Assembly: GCA_014905635.1 (NCBI GenBank)
Contig: JABVCE010000025.1
Coordinates: 1-64,000, forward strand
Direction: 5' to 3'
DNA length: 64,000 bases
From: Scenedesmus sp. PABB004
Taxonomy: Eukaryota
The notes under the pieces were generated by a model. It was not told the DNA's origin. It saw only the letters and a list, made by a program, of their open reading frames with translations, and searched no databases. Positions 62,202 through 64,000 of this stretch are shown piece by piece; the stretch's first letter is position 1, and every line of letters starts with the position of its first letter. The position numbers and the translations under genes are program-made.

Positions 62202-64000
62202 ATGGAGAGCCCCACCAAGCAAGAGTCCGAGGAGCGGCGGCGCGGCCTGCGTGCGTCGCTCACGGGCGACTCCGCGCCGCTCGGCGGCGGTCGCTTCTTC
62301 ACCGCGGCCGCCATCGGCGGCACGGTGCTGCTGCTGGCCGCGGTGCTGGTGCCGGTGCTGGTCACGCAGGTCGGGCCGGGCGGCCGCGGCGGCGGCGCGG
62401 CCGCCAACGCGAGTACTGCGAGTGCCGCGGCCGCCGCCGCGAGCCTCGCTGCGGGCCCGCTCGGCGGCGACGCGCCGCCGGCGGCGCCGGCCGACGACGG
62501 CGCCGACGACACCGTCGCGGCGGCGGACATCGCCGCCGCGCGCAGCCCGGCAGTGCCGCCGGGCCGAACGCGAGCTGGCCGACCGCGGTCGCGTCGGTGT
62601 CGCCCGCCGCGCCCGGCGGCCGGGCGGTGCCGGAGACCTTCCTCGCGACCAGCCACGAGTGGCGCCGCGTCAAGGACTACGGCGGCGCCAACCTGGACGC
62701 CTGGGCGGCCATCTTCCGCATGCTCGCGCCCAGCCCCGTGCTGCGCATCGGCGGCGCGAGCCAGGACCTCATGACCGAGGCGCCCGGCGCCGACACGTGG
62801 GGCGCGCTCGTCAAGCTGCAGCGCGCGACAAACTGCAGGCGCGCGCGCGCGCGCCGCGCCGCGCCGCGCCGCGCCGGCGCAGGCCCCGCCCGGCACGCGC
62901 GGCGCGGCGTTCAAGTTTGCGCCGCGTGGCGCTGAGCCGCCGCGCCCTGCCCGCCGCCGGCGCAGGTTTGTGATCGGGCTGCCGCTGGCGCAGAAGAACG
63001 CGCTGGACCTGAGCAGGGCGATCATGGCGGACGCGCGCGCGAGCCTGGGCGACGCGCTCATCGGCTTTGAGCTCGGCAACGAGGTGCGGCGTGTGTGCGT
63101 TCGCGCGCGCACACCCGAGAGACGGGCACAGCGCGAGCGGCGCCGCGCACGCACGCGCCTCAATCACCCGCCGCTGCTGCCGCCGCCGCCCGCGCTGCGC
63201 GGACCAGCCCGAGTTCTGGCTGCGCGGCATGGGCGGCTGGAGCGAGGACGGCGAGTGGGAGGAGGGGTTCGAGCCCTTTGCCGCATACTTCCACCGCACC
63301 GCGCTCGCGCTCAACCCCTGCAGCGAGCGCAAGAACGTGCTGTCCGGCCCCGGCTGGGGTGCGGTGCCGCCACGCGCGCTGCCGTGCCTCACGCGCGCGC
63401 CCCACGTGCGCGCCGCGCGCGCGCGCCCCCGCCGCGCCCCACGCGCGCGCCGCGGCCGCGCAGGCAACGTCAACACGCAGGACCCGAGCTGGTTCGCCAA
63501 GGTCGTGGCGCAGGGCAGCTGCTACTTGTGGGAGGCCAACACCCACTACTACCCTTACGTCAACAACGAGACCGTCACGCCGCCCGAGCTGCTGGCGCAG
63601 TGGCTGCAGGACTTTGCGGTCGACAAGTTCAAGGCTTACGCCGAGACCGCGGCGCGCGCGGGGCTCGACATCCGCATCAGCGAGACCAACAGCCTGTGCG
63701 CGCGCCGCGCCGCGCCCGCGGCGTGCCGGCCGCTGCCGCGCCGCGCCGACGCCCGCGCCGACGCCCGCGCCGACGCCCGCGCCGCACCGGCGCCCACCGC
63801 GCCGCCGCCGCCGCTGCCGCCGCCGCCGGCGTGCAGGTACGGCGGCGGGCGCAAGGGCCTGAGCGACACCATGGCCGGCACGATGTGGGTGGCCGACGCG
63901 CTCTTCGCGTTTGCGGGCGCCGGCGCGCGCGCGTTCCACCTGCACTGGGGCCGCGGCGGCGACACCAACGGCGACGCGCCGCCGAGCGTCGGCGTGCAGA
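62202..64000 (+). CDS. Glycoside hydrolase family 79 (beta-glucuronidase/heparanase-like), N-terminal TM, partial
   Basis: PVLRIGGASQD, GFELGNE|P (acid/base), HYYP and IRISETNSLYGGGRKGLSDTMAGTMWVAD (nucleophile). Confidence 0.88.

Noticed and set aside
1..64000. Prokaryotic-type systems (CRISPR, operons, defence loci), rRNA/tRNA genes, viral or transposase genes
   Set aside because: None recognised; the window is intron-rich eukaryotic housekeeping DNA.

Overview
Very GC-rich, gene-dense eukaryotic nuclear DNA with short spliceosomal introns. TGTAA poly(A) signals, plant-type eIF4B, KEA3 and PreP point to a chlorophyte green alga (inference). Most long six-frame ORFs are artefacts of GC bias. 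Manual splicing gives about 19 genes: a family-16 methyltransferase (partial), a hypothetical membrane protein, a ~2,970-aa Ala/Leu-rich protein, NUP58, eIF4B, a membrane-anchored sulfatase, a PRXL2-like redoxin, an EF-hand protein, a BTB-Kelch protein, FKBP15, ETFA, PA200, PreP, a BLOS1-DUF4504 in-frame fusion, TBCA, RRS1, a SAM-carrier-like protein, KEA3 and a GH79 (partial). Most notable: (1) roughly one intron in five appears to use a GC donor; (2) BLOS1 reads without a stop into a DUF4504/C1orf74-like ORF; (3) a ~600-bp dispersed repeat, present twice in inverted orientation, fills almost the whole upstream region of two unrelated genes; (4) a giant orphan protein with a possible plastid transit peptide; (5) a sulfatase with a non-canonical CSTSR motif. 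All gene models and family calls are by eye, without database searches.
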